A program made the position numbers and the translations under genes. The notes under the pieces are model-generated. The model did not search any database. It worked only from the letters and a program-made list of their open reading frames with translations, and was not told where the DNA came from. Shown piece after piece: positions 26,695 through 35,892 of a stretch of DNA of 64,000 bases; the first letter of the stretch is position 1; every line of letters starts with the position of its first letter. Source of the stretch: a virus (lineage: Duplodnaviria > Caudoviricetes); the IMG/VR virus record IMGVR_UViG_3300044991_001466; one strand, written 5' to 3'.

Positions 26695-27915
26695 ATGACT
26701 GAGAAATCAATTTTAGAACAAGCGTTACTTCAAGTGCAAAATCTTGAAGAAGCTGTTAAGCAAAATGCAAAAGGTATACTTGCTTCAACCATGAAACAAG
26801 AACTAAGCGACTTGCTTAAAGAATCATTAGAAGAAGAGGAAAAGATGGATCCAATGGACGAACAACCTGAGGACGAACCTAAACCTGATGAAGAGGACGA
26901 CGATATGTCAGACGATGACGCAACTGCAGATGATGCAGAAGCTGATGACGCTGAAAATGATACTGACCTCGATAACGAACCAAGTAAAGGAATCGATGAT
27001 TTAGATTCTGACGCAATGGGTGACGATTCATCAATTGATGAGCCTGAACTTGAATTACCTGCGGCAGGAGAAGGTATCGATGACGAAGATGTTATGGACA
27101 TGACAGGTGCTTCAGATGATGAGGTACTTAAAGTTTTCAAAGCTATGAAACCAGAAGATGGTATTGTAGTTAAGAAAGATGGTAATAACGTTGAATTTGG
27201 TGACGGAGAAAACGAATACATTATCAAACTTGATGGTGATGGTGACGATTCAATGGGTGCTGTACCGGAAATGGAACCAGAAATGGAACCAGAAATGGAA
27301 CCAGAAATGGAACCAGAAATGGGAGCAGAATCTGATATGGATGAAGAACCAATTTACGAAATCGAGTTTTCTGAGGAAGATGAAACTTCTGAAGAAGGTG
27401 ATGTAAAAGAAGTTGAAGCTACTGAAGCGGCAAGAACTCAAGGAAACGATGTTAGAGGTGAAGGACCACGTCAAGGTAAAAAATACAAGGCGGGTCGTCA
27501 TGAAATGAATGAAAATGTTAAATCTTTAAATGAAGAGATTGAAACATTGAAAAAGCAAAACGGTGAATACAAGAAGGCTTTAGTTCTTTTCAAAGACAAA
27601 CTTAACGAAGTTGCCGTGTTTAATGCAAACTTAGCTTACGCTACACGTTTATTCACTGAACATTCTACAACAAAACAAGAGAAAATGAATATTCTTAAGA
27701 GATTTGATTCAGTTTCTTCATTAAATGAGTCTAAGGGCTTATATAATACAATTAAAACTGAACTTGGTGTAAAAACAACAGTTACCGAGTCAGTGGTTGA
27801 AAAAATCTCTAACACTCCATCATCATCTACATCAACTGAAGTATTGGCGGAAGCGAAAGCTTACGAAAATCCACAATTCAGAAGAATGAAAGATTTGATG
27901 GGAAAAATAAAATAA
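26695..27915 (+). CDS. Prohead scaffold/core protein
   Basis: Highly acidic, with a coiled-coil C-terminus; lies between protease and capsid genes. Confidence 0.75.
   Translation: MTEKSILEQALLQVQNLEEAVKQNAKGILASTMKQELSDLLKESLEEEEKMDPMDEQPEDEPKPDEEDDDMSDDDATADDAEADDAENDTDLDNEPSKGIDDLDSDAMGDDSSIDEPELELPAAGEGIDDEDVMDMTGASDDEVLKVFKAMKPEDGIVVKKDGNNVEFGDGENEYIIKLDGDGDDSMGAVPEMEPEMEPEMEPEMEPEMGAESDMDEEPIYEIEFSEEDETSEEGDVKEVEATEAARTQGNDVRGEGPRQGKKYKAGRHEMNENVKSLNEEIETLKKQNGEYKKALVLFKDKLNEVAVFNANLAYATRLFTEHSTTKQEKMNILKRFDSVSSLNESKGLYNTIKTELGVKTTVTESVVEKISNTPSSSTSTEVLAEAKAYENPQFRRMKDLMGKIK
27268..27322 (+). repeat. 12-bp tandem repeat (GAAATGGAACCA) x4 plus partial
   Basis: Read directly; encodes (EMEP)n. 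Confidence 0.9.
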
Positions 27916-27942
27916 TAAATTAAAAAACAAAATACTCAAAAC

Positions 27943-29694
27943 ATGGGAGCATTATTAGATTCAGGTATGGTAGGTAACATCGGGTTAAAACACCTTAGAG
28001 TTATCAAAGAAGATACCATCAAAAAATGGGATGACTTAGGATTCTTAGAAGGTCTTAACGGTCACCAAAAAGATAACATCGCACAATTATATGAAAACCA
28101 AGCGTCTTATTTAATCAACGAAGCTGCAATTGCAGATGCGTCTGGTTCTTTCGAGACTGTAGTTTTCCCTATCATTCGTCGTGTATTCTCAAAATTATTA
28201 GCTAACGACATCGTGTCTGTACAAGCTATGAACTTACCAATCGGTAAATTATTCTATTTCGTACCAAAAATTCAAGAAAGAAATGATACCGCACATTATA
28301 AACCATACGGTTATCCTGATGCTGCTTCAGCTCCTTCTGCAACTGCTGGTTATCCTGCAACTGCGAAACCTCTTTACGATCGTTTCTACGAAAACAGTGA
28401 TGCTGCAGACCAAGGTCTTTTTGATTACTCAAAGGGTTCTTTCACAGTAGCTTCTTTAACAGGTACATCTATTGTAACTTTCTCAAATGGTGTTGAAAGT
28501 TCTCCAGTAACTATCGCTACAGGAGCAACTCAAACATACGATTCAGTTATCTTAAAGTTAACAGGATTTTCTAAATTAGGTCAAGGTAAATTAGCTGGTC
28601 CAGACGGTAACGAAATGGATACAGAAGAGTTCTTAGCTTCATTAACAGTAACTGCACCTCGTTCACAATCGTTAAGTGGTTCAACTTACTTACCGTTCAA
28701 CGTTGTAACTCAAAAATATGGTAAAGGTATCGTATCTTACGGACAAAAGTCTTCAGGTACTAACGGTAACTTATTTAGAGACATTTGTGATGAAGATGGT
28801 ACAATTTACTTAAGTGTTGATTTACAATCATATTCAGCAACTTCTGGTTTTGCTGGAGCAATAATCACAGGTTCTACATTAGATGGTACTGACTTCACAG
28901 CCACTTACCGTCAATATGCAACTTTAGAGTTTGAAGATGAAATCGGTGAAGTATCTTTTGATTTAGAGTCAGTAACAGTTTCTGTGACTGAAAGAAAATT
29001 AAGAGCTAGCTGGTCTCCTGAATTGGCTCAAGACGTTAGTGCATTCCACAACATCGATGCTGAGGCAGAATTGACTGCATTGTTATCTGAGCAAATCGCT
29101 GCTGAGGTTGACCGTGAAATCTTACGTGACTTACGTAAAGGTGCTGCTTGGACCGCTAAATGGGATTACAATGGTTGGAAATACGGTGGAACTGGTGGAG
29201 CAACTCTACAAGGTTACACTCAAAAAGATTGGAACCAAACTTTGGTTACAAAAATCAACCAAATTTCAGCTCAAATCCATAAGACTACTTTAAGAGGTGG
29301 TGCTAACTGGGTTGTTGTTTCTTCTGAAGTTTCTGCAGTATTTGATGATTTGGAATATTTCCACGTATCAAACGCAGAACCTGAGCAAGATCAATACAAC
29401 ATGGGTATCGAGAAAATCGGTTCAGTAGCAGGTCGTTACCAAGTGTATCGTGACCCTTACTTCCCAGCTGGAAAAATCTTGATTGGTCATAAAGGAAAAT
29501 CATTATTGGACGCAGGATATGTATACGCACCATACGTGCCATTACAATTAACTCCAACAATGTACAATCCATTTACAATGACTCCTATCAAAGGAATCAT
29601 GACACGTTACGCAAAGAAAATGGTGAACAACCGTTACTTCGGTGTAATCAATGTAAGTGGTATCCAAACATTTGACATGGATAGTTTAAGATAA
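27943..29694 (+). CDS. Major capsid protein (T4 gp23-like)
   Basis: IVSVQAMNLPIG, TERKLRASWSPELAQD, AEAELTALLSEQIAAEVDREI, YAPYVPL, GIMTRY. Confidence 0.95.
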   Translation: MGALLDSGMVGNIGLKHLRVIKEDTIKKWDDLGFLEGLNGHQKDNIAQLYENQASYLINEAAIADASGSFETVVFPIIRRVFSKLLANDIVSVQAMNLPIGKLFYFVPKIQERNDTAHYKPYGYPDAASAPSATAGYPATAKPLYDRFYENSDAADQGLFDYSKGSFTVASLTGTSIVTFSNGVESSPVTIATGATQTYDSVILKLTGFSKLGQGKLAGPDGNEMDTEEFLASLTVTAPRSQSLSGSTYLPFNVVTQKYGKGIVSYGQKSSGTNGNLFRDICDEDGTIYLSVDLQSYSATSGFAGAIITGSTLDGTDFTATYRQYATLEFEDEIGEVSFDLESVTVSVTERKLRASWSPELAQDVSAFHNIDAEAELTALLSEQIAAEVDREILRDLRKGAAWTAKWDYNGWKYGGTGGATLQGYTQKDWNQTLVTKINQISAQIHKTTLRGGANWVVVSSEVSAVFDDLEYFHVSNAEPEQDQYNMGIEKIGSVAGRYQVYRDPYFPAGKILIGHKGKSLLDAGYVYAPYVPLQLTPTMYNPFTMTPIKGIMTRYAKKMVNNRYFGVINVSGIQTFDMDSLR

Positions 29695-29713
29695 TCTTAG
29701 GATTTATCATATT

Positions 29714-29746
29714 AAAAAACCCCCTCAGAAATGTGGGGGTTTTTTA
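29714..29746 (+). terminator. Rho-independent terminator after capsid gene
   Basis: aaaaaacccc-ctcagaaatgt-gggggtttttt. Confidence 0.8.
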
Positions 29747-29773
29747 TTTTTTGGTATATTCCAGAATATTACG

Positions 29774-29781
29774 TATATTTG
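29774..29781 (+). promoter_or_regulatory. Bacteroidota sigma70-type -7 element TATATTTG
   Basis: Exact match to TAnnTTTG, 4 nt before the ATG at 29786. Confidence 0.55.
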
Positions 29782-29785
29782 CTTT

Positions 29786-30100
29786 ATGTCCGAAGTAGAT
29801 TACAATAAATTAAGATTAGACGTCTTAGAGAAATTAATCCAATCAAGAGGTATTGATTGTAAGTTGAATAAAACTGAAATGATTAGAACATTGAAGCTAG
29901 ACGATGAGGGGAAATATCAAACACCAATGGTTAATACCACATATGAAAAATCGGAAAGTGGTTTTAATGTGGGAATAGATATAAAAAATCATTCGGACTT
30001 AGTACAGATTGGTAAATTAGTGGAAAAAAAAGACGCAAAATCATTATATAGGTATTCAGATAATAGAGTGTGGTTTTGGTCAAAACAAAGATTAATATAA
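29786..30100 (+). CDS. Hypothetical protein with N-terminal SAP/LEM-like helix pair
   Basis: YNKLRLDVLEKLIQSRGI...NKTEMIRTL. Confidence 0.5.
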   Translation: MSEVDYNKLRLDVLEKLIQSRGIDCKLNKTEMIRTLKLDDEGKYQTPMVNTTYEKSESGFNVGIDIKNHSDLVQIGKLVEKKDAKSLYRYSDNRVWFWSKQRLI

Positions 30101-30540
30101 TGAATTGGGTAGAGTATTTTTTACAGATTGCTGAGGTGGTAAAACTCAAATCTAAGGACCAATCTACACAGATAGGTGCCGTCGTAGTCGGTGAGGGTAA
30201 TAACGTCCTTTCTACGGGTTATAATTCGTTTCCAAGGGGTTTGGACGATTCATTAGAAGAACGTCAAGAGAGACCTGAGAAATACTTCTGGATGGAACAT
30301 GCAGAACGTAACGCAATATACAATGCCGCATTAGAAGGGGTGTCCCTTAAAAACTCAACAATTTATTTAACATCGGGACTACCTTGTATGGATTGTGCCA
30401 GAGGAATTGTTAATTCGGGTATAAAGACGGTGTATTGTAAAGAAGTCTGTACCACTAAAAATAAAGAAAAGTGGGATGAGTCCCAAAGTAAGGCTAAACA
30501 ACTTTTAAGTGAGTGTGGGGTTAATATTATTTATTATTGA
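30100..30540 (+). CDS. dCMP deaminase
   Basis: Start refined to MNWVEYFL; KSKDQSTQIGAVVV, TGYN, HAERNAI and PCMDC zinc motifs. Confidence 0.92.
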   Translation: MNWVEYFLQIAEVVKLKSKDQSTQIGAVVVGEGNNVLSTGYNSFPRGLDDSLEERQERPEKYFWMEHAERNAIYNAALEGVSLKNSTIYLTSGLPCMDCARGIVNSGIKTVYCKEVCTTKNKEKWDESQSKAKQLLSECGVNIIYY

Positions 30541-31307
30541 GTATCAGGTATTTTAGTATCCTTTATAAATTTTATATGTGAATTTTTATATGATTTTAAT
30601 GATTCATCATTTACATCTTTAGTATATTGCCAATTCCAATACAAATCATCATTTATTTTAAAACCATAAAATTCATGAACTTTCTTTTGTAAATCATTAA
30701 CATTTACACCATTAAAGTTTTGTCCCGTACAAATAAATCCAGTTTCAATATCTTTAACTAAATTAGATTCACCTAACGCTGTGTGTCTATTTTCTATCCA
30801 AGTTAGACGTTCGATTAGATTTTGATAAAACATATTTGTTTGTCCCCATCTAACGGAACTGAGAAATATCACAGCGTCAGATTCAAACAACTCCTTACTT
30901 ATTTTCCAAAGTTCATCTTTGGGATTGTTAATACTAGCCCAACATCTGTGATGACCGGTCGGATTTTTGTCTTTATCCTTAAGTTTTGCTTTTAATAAAC
31001 CACAACTGTTACCGTCTTTCCTTGATACATTACCTTCACAAGGAACTATATTTAGTTCTGATACATCTATTAATGTTGATTTTTTACCTAATTCTTCATT
31101 AAGATACATTGCAATCATTTTTGATTTTGGTATATCAATATCATTCTTGTCCCAATTATGTCTATTAGAACAACTTAATAGTAAAACTTTTTTCTTATTT
31201 TCAAGAACACCCAACGTTTTCTTAATTGACTTCCAAGCATCAGATTGTACCATCTCCTCAGAAATCATCATTTGTCTAATCCTTTGTATATTCTCTTGTA
31301 AGTTCAT
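30534..31307 (-). CDS. Flavodoxin-fold NAD(P)H-dependent FMN reductase / iron-sulfur flavoprotein-like
   Basis: LLLSCSNR, IDVSELNIVPCEG..S...C....C, DELWKI...LFESDAVIFLSSVRWG; N-terminal extension MNLQENIQRIRQMMISEE. Confidence 0.75.
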   Translation of the reverse strand: MNLQENIQRIRQMMISEEMVQSDAWKSIKKTLGVLENKKKVLLLSCSNRHNWDKNDIDIPKSKMIAMYLNEELGKKSTLIDVSELNIVPCEGNVSRKDGNSCGLLKAKLKDKDKNPTGHHRCWASINNPKDELWKISKELFESDAVIFLSSVRWGQTNMFYQNLIERLTWIENRHTALGESNLVKDIETGFICTGQNFNGVNVNDLQKKVHEFYGFKINDDLYWNWQYTKDVNDESLKSYKNSHIKFIKDTKIPDTQ

Positions 31308-31316
31308 ATTAAATTT

Positions 31317-32066
31317 TTACCAGGTACGACAAGCCCAATAACGTGGTTTCCATCTTGGACCTGGATTATCACAATTCATACGTGCTCTAAACGATTTACG
31401 TCTTGCAGGATTATTCTTTTTAATTACCATTCTTTTACCTTTAGCGGATTTACCACCAAAACCAAAGTTTACTTTAACAACTTTACCTTGACCATTCTTA
31501 ACGTAAACTTTAAACTTTTTAATATCACCTTGCATAATTTTACCAAGTTGTACTTTACGACCTTGGTATTCAGCCTCGTTTAACAGATTGGTAGATTCTA
31601 AGTTTGTCTTTTCTATTGAACCAAACTCATCTTCATATATTAAAACTGGTGTTTCTTCATTAAATTCAAACAATCTTTCAAATTGTTCTTCACTAATTTG
31701 TATAATTAATTTTTTTTCCATTGACTCATCAAATTTTGTCATTGTAGGTTTATTACCCTTACCAACTTTAGGGTCTTTCTTTTCCGCTCGTCTTTTTTGA
31801 GACGTCATCGATTTTTTATCTTCCTTACTATAAGAGGACGCAACTTTTGGGGTTTCTTTAGATACTTTTTTAGATGGTCTACATTTTGGATAGGACTTTC
31901 CGTCGGCGTCTTTTCTACCACATGGTGGGTGTTTTCCGTCAACCTTTTTACTTACGTCAACCCACTTTTCTTTAAACCATCTTCTAAGGTCTTCTTGTAA
32001 GACCTCACCTGATTTTAAACATTCTTCTATATATTCTTTATCTTCTTTAGATACTATGAATTTCAT
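31317..32066 (-). CDS. Modular basic hypothetical protein
   Basis: Start refined to MKFIVSKED; modules EDLRRWFKEKWVD..PCGR..YPKCRP and EAEYQGRKV...ARRKSFRARMNC...RYWACRTW. Confidence 0.65.
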   Translation of the reverse strand: MKFIVSKEDKEYIEECLKSGEVLQEDLRRWFKEKWVDVSKKVDGKHPPCGRKDADGKSYPKCRPSKKVSKETPKVASSYSKEDKKSMTSQKRRAEKKDPKVGKGNKPTMTKFDESMEKKLIIQISEEQFERLFEFNEETPVLIYEDEFGSIEKTNLESTNLLNEAEYQGRKVQLGKIMQGDIKKFKVYVKNGQGKVVKVNFGFGGKSAKGKRMVIKKNNPARRKSFRARMNCDNPGPRWKPRYWACRTW

Positions 32067-32067
32067 A

Positions 32068-32715
32068 TTATTTTTTACATTTTTTCCATCCACCACCTTT
32101 AGCCTTATAATCTTTAGCTGCGAAGCCATTTGCGTAGGCAGAAGGGTATACGTCAAATTTAGATTTAGCTTTAGCCTTAGATGCTGCCCATTTTGCGGGG
32201 TCTGTTGGACAGTTTTTACTTTCGTCTATTTCCATCGCCTCATACATTTCCTTTTCTGATAGATTTTTAGGTTCAACACCTTTTTTCTTCATATTAATAG
32301 CAATTGCCGCTTGTTGTGCAGGACTACTCGCTTCATTGACTGGTACACAATTTGGTACCGTTTTTCCATTTTTTTTCTTACTACCAATTCGTTTGTACCC
32401 ATCCCAACATTTTTCAGATAAATCTTTTTTTGATTCAGATAGGTTTTTTTGTTCAAAGTAACCTTCCATAAAATTTGCAACTTCTTCAATGTCGTCTTTA
32501 GATGTTGTGATATGGTCACCAGCCCAAGCGTGTTCCCCTGTTACTAATTTAGGGAAATCTGGCATATGTTTAAAGTTTAATATCTTTTCAATATCATTTT
32601 TCATTTGAATTAGGTTACTTAAAACCATATATGTTCCATCTTGTGAAATGTGATTTTCTGATTCCATTTGTATTATCTTTTTGAGTTGGGACTCGGTTAG
32701 AATGATTTTTTTCAT
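32068..32715 (-). CDS. Modular basic hypothetical protein
   Basis: Start refined to MKKIILTESQ (TATTTATA 3 nt upstream); modules KCWDGY..VPNCVP, SPAQQAAIAI and KFDVYPSAYANG. Confidence 0.65.
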   Translation of the reverse strand: MKKIILTESQLKKIIQMESENHISQDGTYMVLSNLIQMKNDIEKILNFKHMPDFPKLVTGEHAWAGDHITTSKDDIEEVANFMEGYFEQKNLSESKKDLSEKCWDGYKRIGSKKKNGKTVPNCVPVNEASSPAQQAAIAINMKKKGVEPKNLSEKEMYEAMEIDESKNCPTDPAKWAASKAKAKSKFDVYPSAYANGFAAKDYKAKGGGWKKCKK

Positions 32716-32728
32716 ATATATAAATAGT

Positions 32729-34099
32729 TTACTTTTCAGACACAATCTCAAATTTTATTTTATCCTTATAAAAAATTTCCTCTGAGAATGTTTTACCTTT
32801 TATCTCTAAAGTATATTCACGAGGAATAAGGTATGATGTGTTTAAAACAAATGAATTTTCGTTTGTTTTATCAACTTTAGTCCAATCATGAACGTTAACC
32901 TGAACAAGTCCTTCGTTTATATAAATTCGATAATGTACCTCGTCTAATAATACACTTTTTGGGGTGTTAATTGATCTAAATGTTATTACAATTTTTCTTT
33001 CTTCACCTCTTTTTATTTTTTCGTTTTGATTAACTCCAAAATATTGTATTGAATAACGTTCTAAATCAGTTTGATTTACCCCAATAGAAAATCCTGAAGA
33101 AAGTGGTTTTGGTATGAATTTTTGTACGGTATTATCAAATTGGACACCTTCAATGAATATGTTTTTCCAAACATCACTAAAGAATTTTTTACCATCACAA
33201 TTAATACCAGATATTCCAAAAGTAACTTTATAAACACCTTTTCTTACTAATGTTGATGTAATTCCTGTTAATCCACTAATTGGTGTATTAGTTGAGTTTA
33301 AAATATCAACAGTAGGAACTGAATCTAAATTTATATAATTTCCATTTTTTGTGACATACAAATATAGATTTTGTTGTAAATCTTCAATAAAATCAAATCT
33401 ATCATCATCTATTCTATCTTCAAACACTGATTCAACATATGGTTCAAAAAAGGTTTGTGTGTATTTTGTGAAAAATGAGACAGATTGGTCAACTGGTTGA
33501 GGAACTAATTGATATGGTACACTAAAGGCCACACCTAAACCATGGTCTGTGGCACCCGTTAAAACACCATTAACATAGTTTGTAATGTCAACATCTAAGT
33601 TTTCATTACCATTATCAAAATGTGCGGTAGTAACGATGGTTGGAGATGCGTTATAAATACCGTTTATCGTCCAAGCACTTAATGTAGTTCTATTATACCA
33701 GTTAGAAGGTCGTTGGTCAAATGTATTGTTATCTTCATTAAAATCATAAACTTGGTCATAATCAAAACCATATCCCTCATCCCAAAATTCAGGTATTTTA
33801 AAAACAATTAAATCAAATGAAGTTGCTCTTAATCTACCACTATAACCATTTTGACCAATTAATGCTTCATCACCAAAAATGGTGTTTGTCATTTTAAGGT
33901 AATGTTTAGTTGTATTTAAATTTAGAACCAAATCATCATTATCTGTTTTAGTTTTTAAATCAGAAAAATCAACTTTAAAGATATATTTAGAAAAACCAGA
34001 ACCGAAAAATATGTCGGTATTAGGGTTTTTAGACGTATTTGTCTGAGAATCCTTTACAATAGTATTGTTTTTTTCAAAATATGAACGGAAATATGACAT
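32729..34099 (-). CDS. Probable virion structural protein (beta-rich)
   Basis: Late motif upstream (34110-34117); beta-rich; lies next to the spike gene. Confidence 0.5.
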   Translation of the reverse strand: MSYFRSYFEKNNTIVKDSQTNTSKNPNTDIFFGSGFSKYIFKVDFSDLKTKTDNDDLVLNLNTTKHYLKMTNTIFGDEALIGQNGYSGRLRATSFDLIVFKIPEFWDEGYGFDYDQVYDFNEDNNTFDQRPSNWYNRTTLSAWTINGIYNASPTIVTTAHFDNGNENLDVDITNYVNGVLTGATDHGLGVAFSVPYQLVPQPVDQSVSFFTKYTQTFFEPYVESVFEDRIDDDRFDFIEDLQQNLYLYVTKNGNYINLDSVPTVDILNSTNTPISGLTGITSTLVRKGVYKVTFGISGINCDGKKFFSDVWKNIFIEGVQFDNTVQKFIPKPLSSGFSIGVNQTDLERYSIQYFGVNQNEKIKRGEERKIVITFRSINTPKSVLLDEVHYRIYINEGLVQVNVHDWTKVDKTNENSFVLNTSYLIPREYTLEIKGKTFSEEIFYKDKIKFEIVSEK

Positions 34100-34122
34100 C
34101 TTTTTTATTTATAAATATCCAA

Positions 34123-35694
34123 TTAATTAATCTTAATTGAACTATTCAACATGTCACCTTCTAAATTTGAAATTTTAGTCTGTAAATCGATATAATTGGG
34201 GTCATCTTGTAATAATGGTTTTTCCATATGATGGATATGACTAGCAAAAAGATTGGCCATACTATACAATACCTGTAATAATACCTCACCTCTAACAAGT
34301 GAAAATGTGTTTGGTTCAATCGATTCCAAATATTCTTCTTGTTTAATTTCGTATTTGTTTAACTTCTCAAAAGAAATTGGTTTTTTATTCTCAAAATTGG
34401 GGGATTTTGCCTCAGTGGATAACATGTAAATTTTATCAGTTATTAATGCTGAAAAAGATTGTTCCAACCCATCAGGACCTTTCTTAAGATATGTGTTTTT
34501 TACCCTTTTATTTTTACCTGGAATTGTATAACTACCAACTGAAAAAACTAAACCATTTTGTGGGCCAACACTTGTGGCTAAAATTACTTTACTAAATTTT
34601 GTAATTCGATTGGCAGTTTCACCAGATGATAGTTGTTTTTCTTTACAATCTTTTGTTGGTCTGAAATAAAACGGATGTAAATCAACATCACTTATTGGTA
34701 AGGTTCCTCCAGTTAATTCTTTTTTATATGAATTATAAACTTCACTTAATGTTCCTTTCGAGTGAATTGTTTTAAACACATCCCTTATTAACACTTCAGG
34801 GGGACGTTCATCACTTGAATCTAATGAAAATGTCACACCTGATGTACTACCATCAAAACTATTTAATTTAGTTAACCCCGAAAGAATTAAAACGTCAGCT
34901 AAATTGGTATTATCGGTTTTATAAACGTTTTTACCATAAAAAGTTTTACCCGATGAAATGGCTTCGTTTATTGTGTAAACATAAAAATCTACGGTTGTTG
35001 AATCTCCTGAAAAACTTTTAATATCATATTCAATAATTGATTTTAGAGGTTTTGATTCAATTTCAAAAGTATCAATTGTATCTGTAACTTGTTGTAAATT
35101 CTTATCAAATTTTTTAAGATATAATGAAGAATTTTTATTCGCTAAAAGAGGTTGTGAAACCAATTCAGTTTTTTGTTTTATAGTGGCACCTTTTTTTGAT
35201 ATTAATTTACCACCTCGTATCATTAAACCGTTTTCGGTGAATATAATATCGGAACCATATTTTCCATAAACACCATAGTCGGTATGTCTGGCAAACGCAC
35301 CATCATTTTTAATTAATTCATCTGTATCTTTTTTTGCAATATTTGGACCGTGTTTTGAGGCAATACCATAAGTGGTATTTTCAACTTGAGCTGAGTGTGT
35401 TTGAGAATTATAATCGTGCATTGTTGTAAACGGACCCGCAACATACTCTACGTTGGCTAATTCTTTTTCTGTGTTATATGATAATAATTTTACAGTTTGA
35501 CCAATTTCAGGAATAAAATTAATATTAGTTGGTAAAAATGGATTTGCTGTAAATAAATCTTTATCATCCCACGCACTATAATCCAACGCCTTTTCTAGTT
35601 CTCCTGTATATGAACTATATTTAATACATCTAATTCGACCTAAGTGTTTTGGGTCTAAATTATCAATACAAACACCAATATCAATTATTTTCAT
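34123..35694 (-). CDS. Baseplate central spike / gp5-like protein
   Basis: N-terminal OB-fold motif IDNLDPKHLGRIRC and PEIGQTV; C-terminal LVRGE...SHIH. Confidence 0.6.
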   Translation of the reverse strand: MKIIDIGVCIDNLDPKHLGRIRCIKYSSYTGELEKALDYSAWDDKDLFTANPFLPTNINFIPEIGQTVKLLSYNTEKELANVEYVAGPFTTMHDYNSQTHSAQVENTTYGIASKHGPNIAKKDTDELIKNDGAFARHTDYGVYGKYGSDIIFTENGLMIRGGKLISKKGATIKQKTELVSQPLLANKNSSLYLKKFDKNLQQVTDTIDTFEIESKPLKSIIEYDIKSFSGDSTTVDFYVYTINEAISSGKTFYGKNVYKTDNTNLADVLILSGLTKLNSFDGSTSGVTFSLDSSDERPPEVLIRDVFKTIHSKGTLSEVYNSYKKELTGGTLPISDVDLHPFYFRPTKDCKEKQLSSGETANRITKFSKVILATSVGPQNGLVFSVGSYTIPGKNKRVKNTYLKKGPDGLEQSFSALITDKIYMLSTEAKSPNFENKKPISFEKLNKYEIKQEEYLESIEPNTFSLVRGEVLLQVLYSMANLFASHIHHMEKPLLQDDPNYIDLQTKISNLEGDMLNSSIKIN

Positions 35695-35891
35695 TTCGAT
35701 TGTCTTTTACCTATTTCCGTATTTACGTTATTATATAGTTCACTAATACTTTCCATATGTCTAGTTAAATCAACAATTAAAGTTTTAGTTTTTTCAAATT
35801 CCACATATAACTCTTTTTCCGCCAAAAATAAATCACTGTTTGATTTGTTCTTAACGTCAGTTGATATGTCTATTAATTTTTCTTTTTCCAT
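35691..35891 (-). CDS. Small coiled-coil hypothetical protein
   Basis: Start refined to MEKEKLIDIS; abuts neighbours. Confidence 0.55.
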   Translation of the reverse strand: MEKEKLIDISTDVKNKSNSDLFLAEKELYVEFEKTKTLIVDLTRHMESISELYNNVNTEIGKRQSK

Positions 35892-35892
35892 T

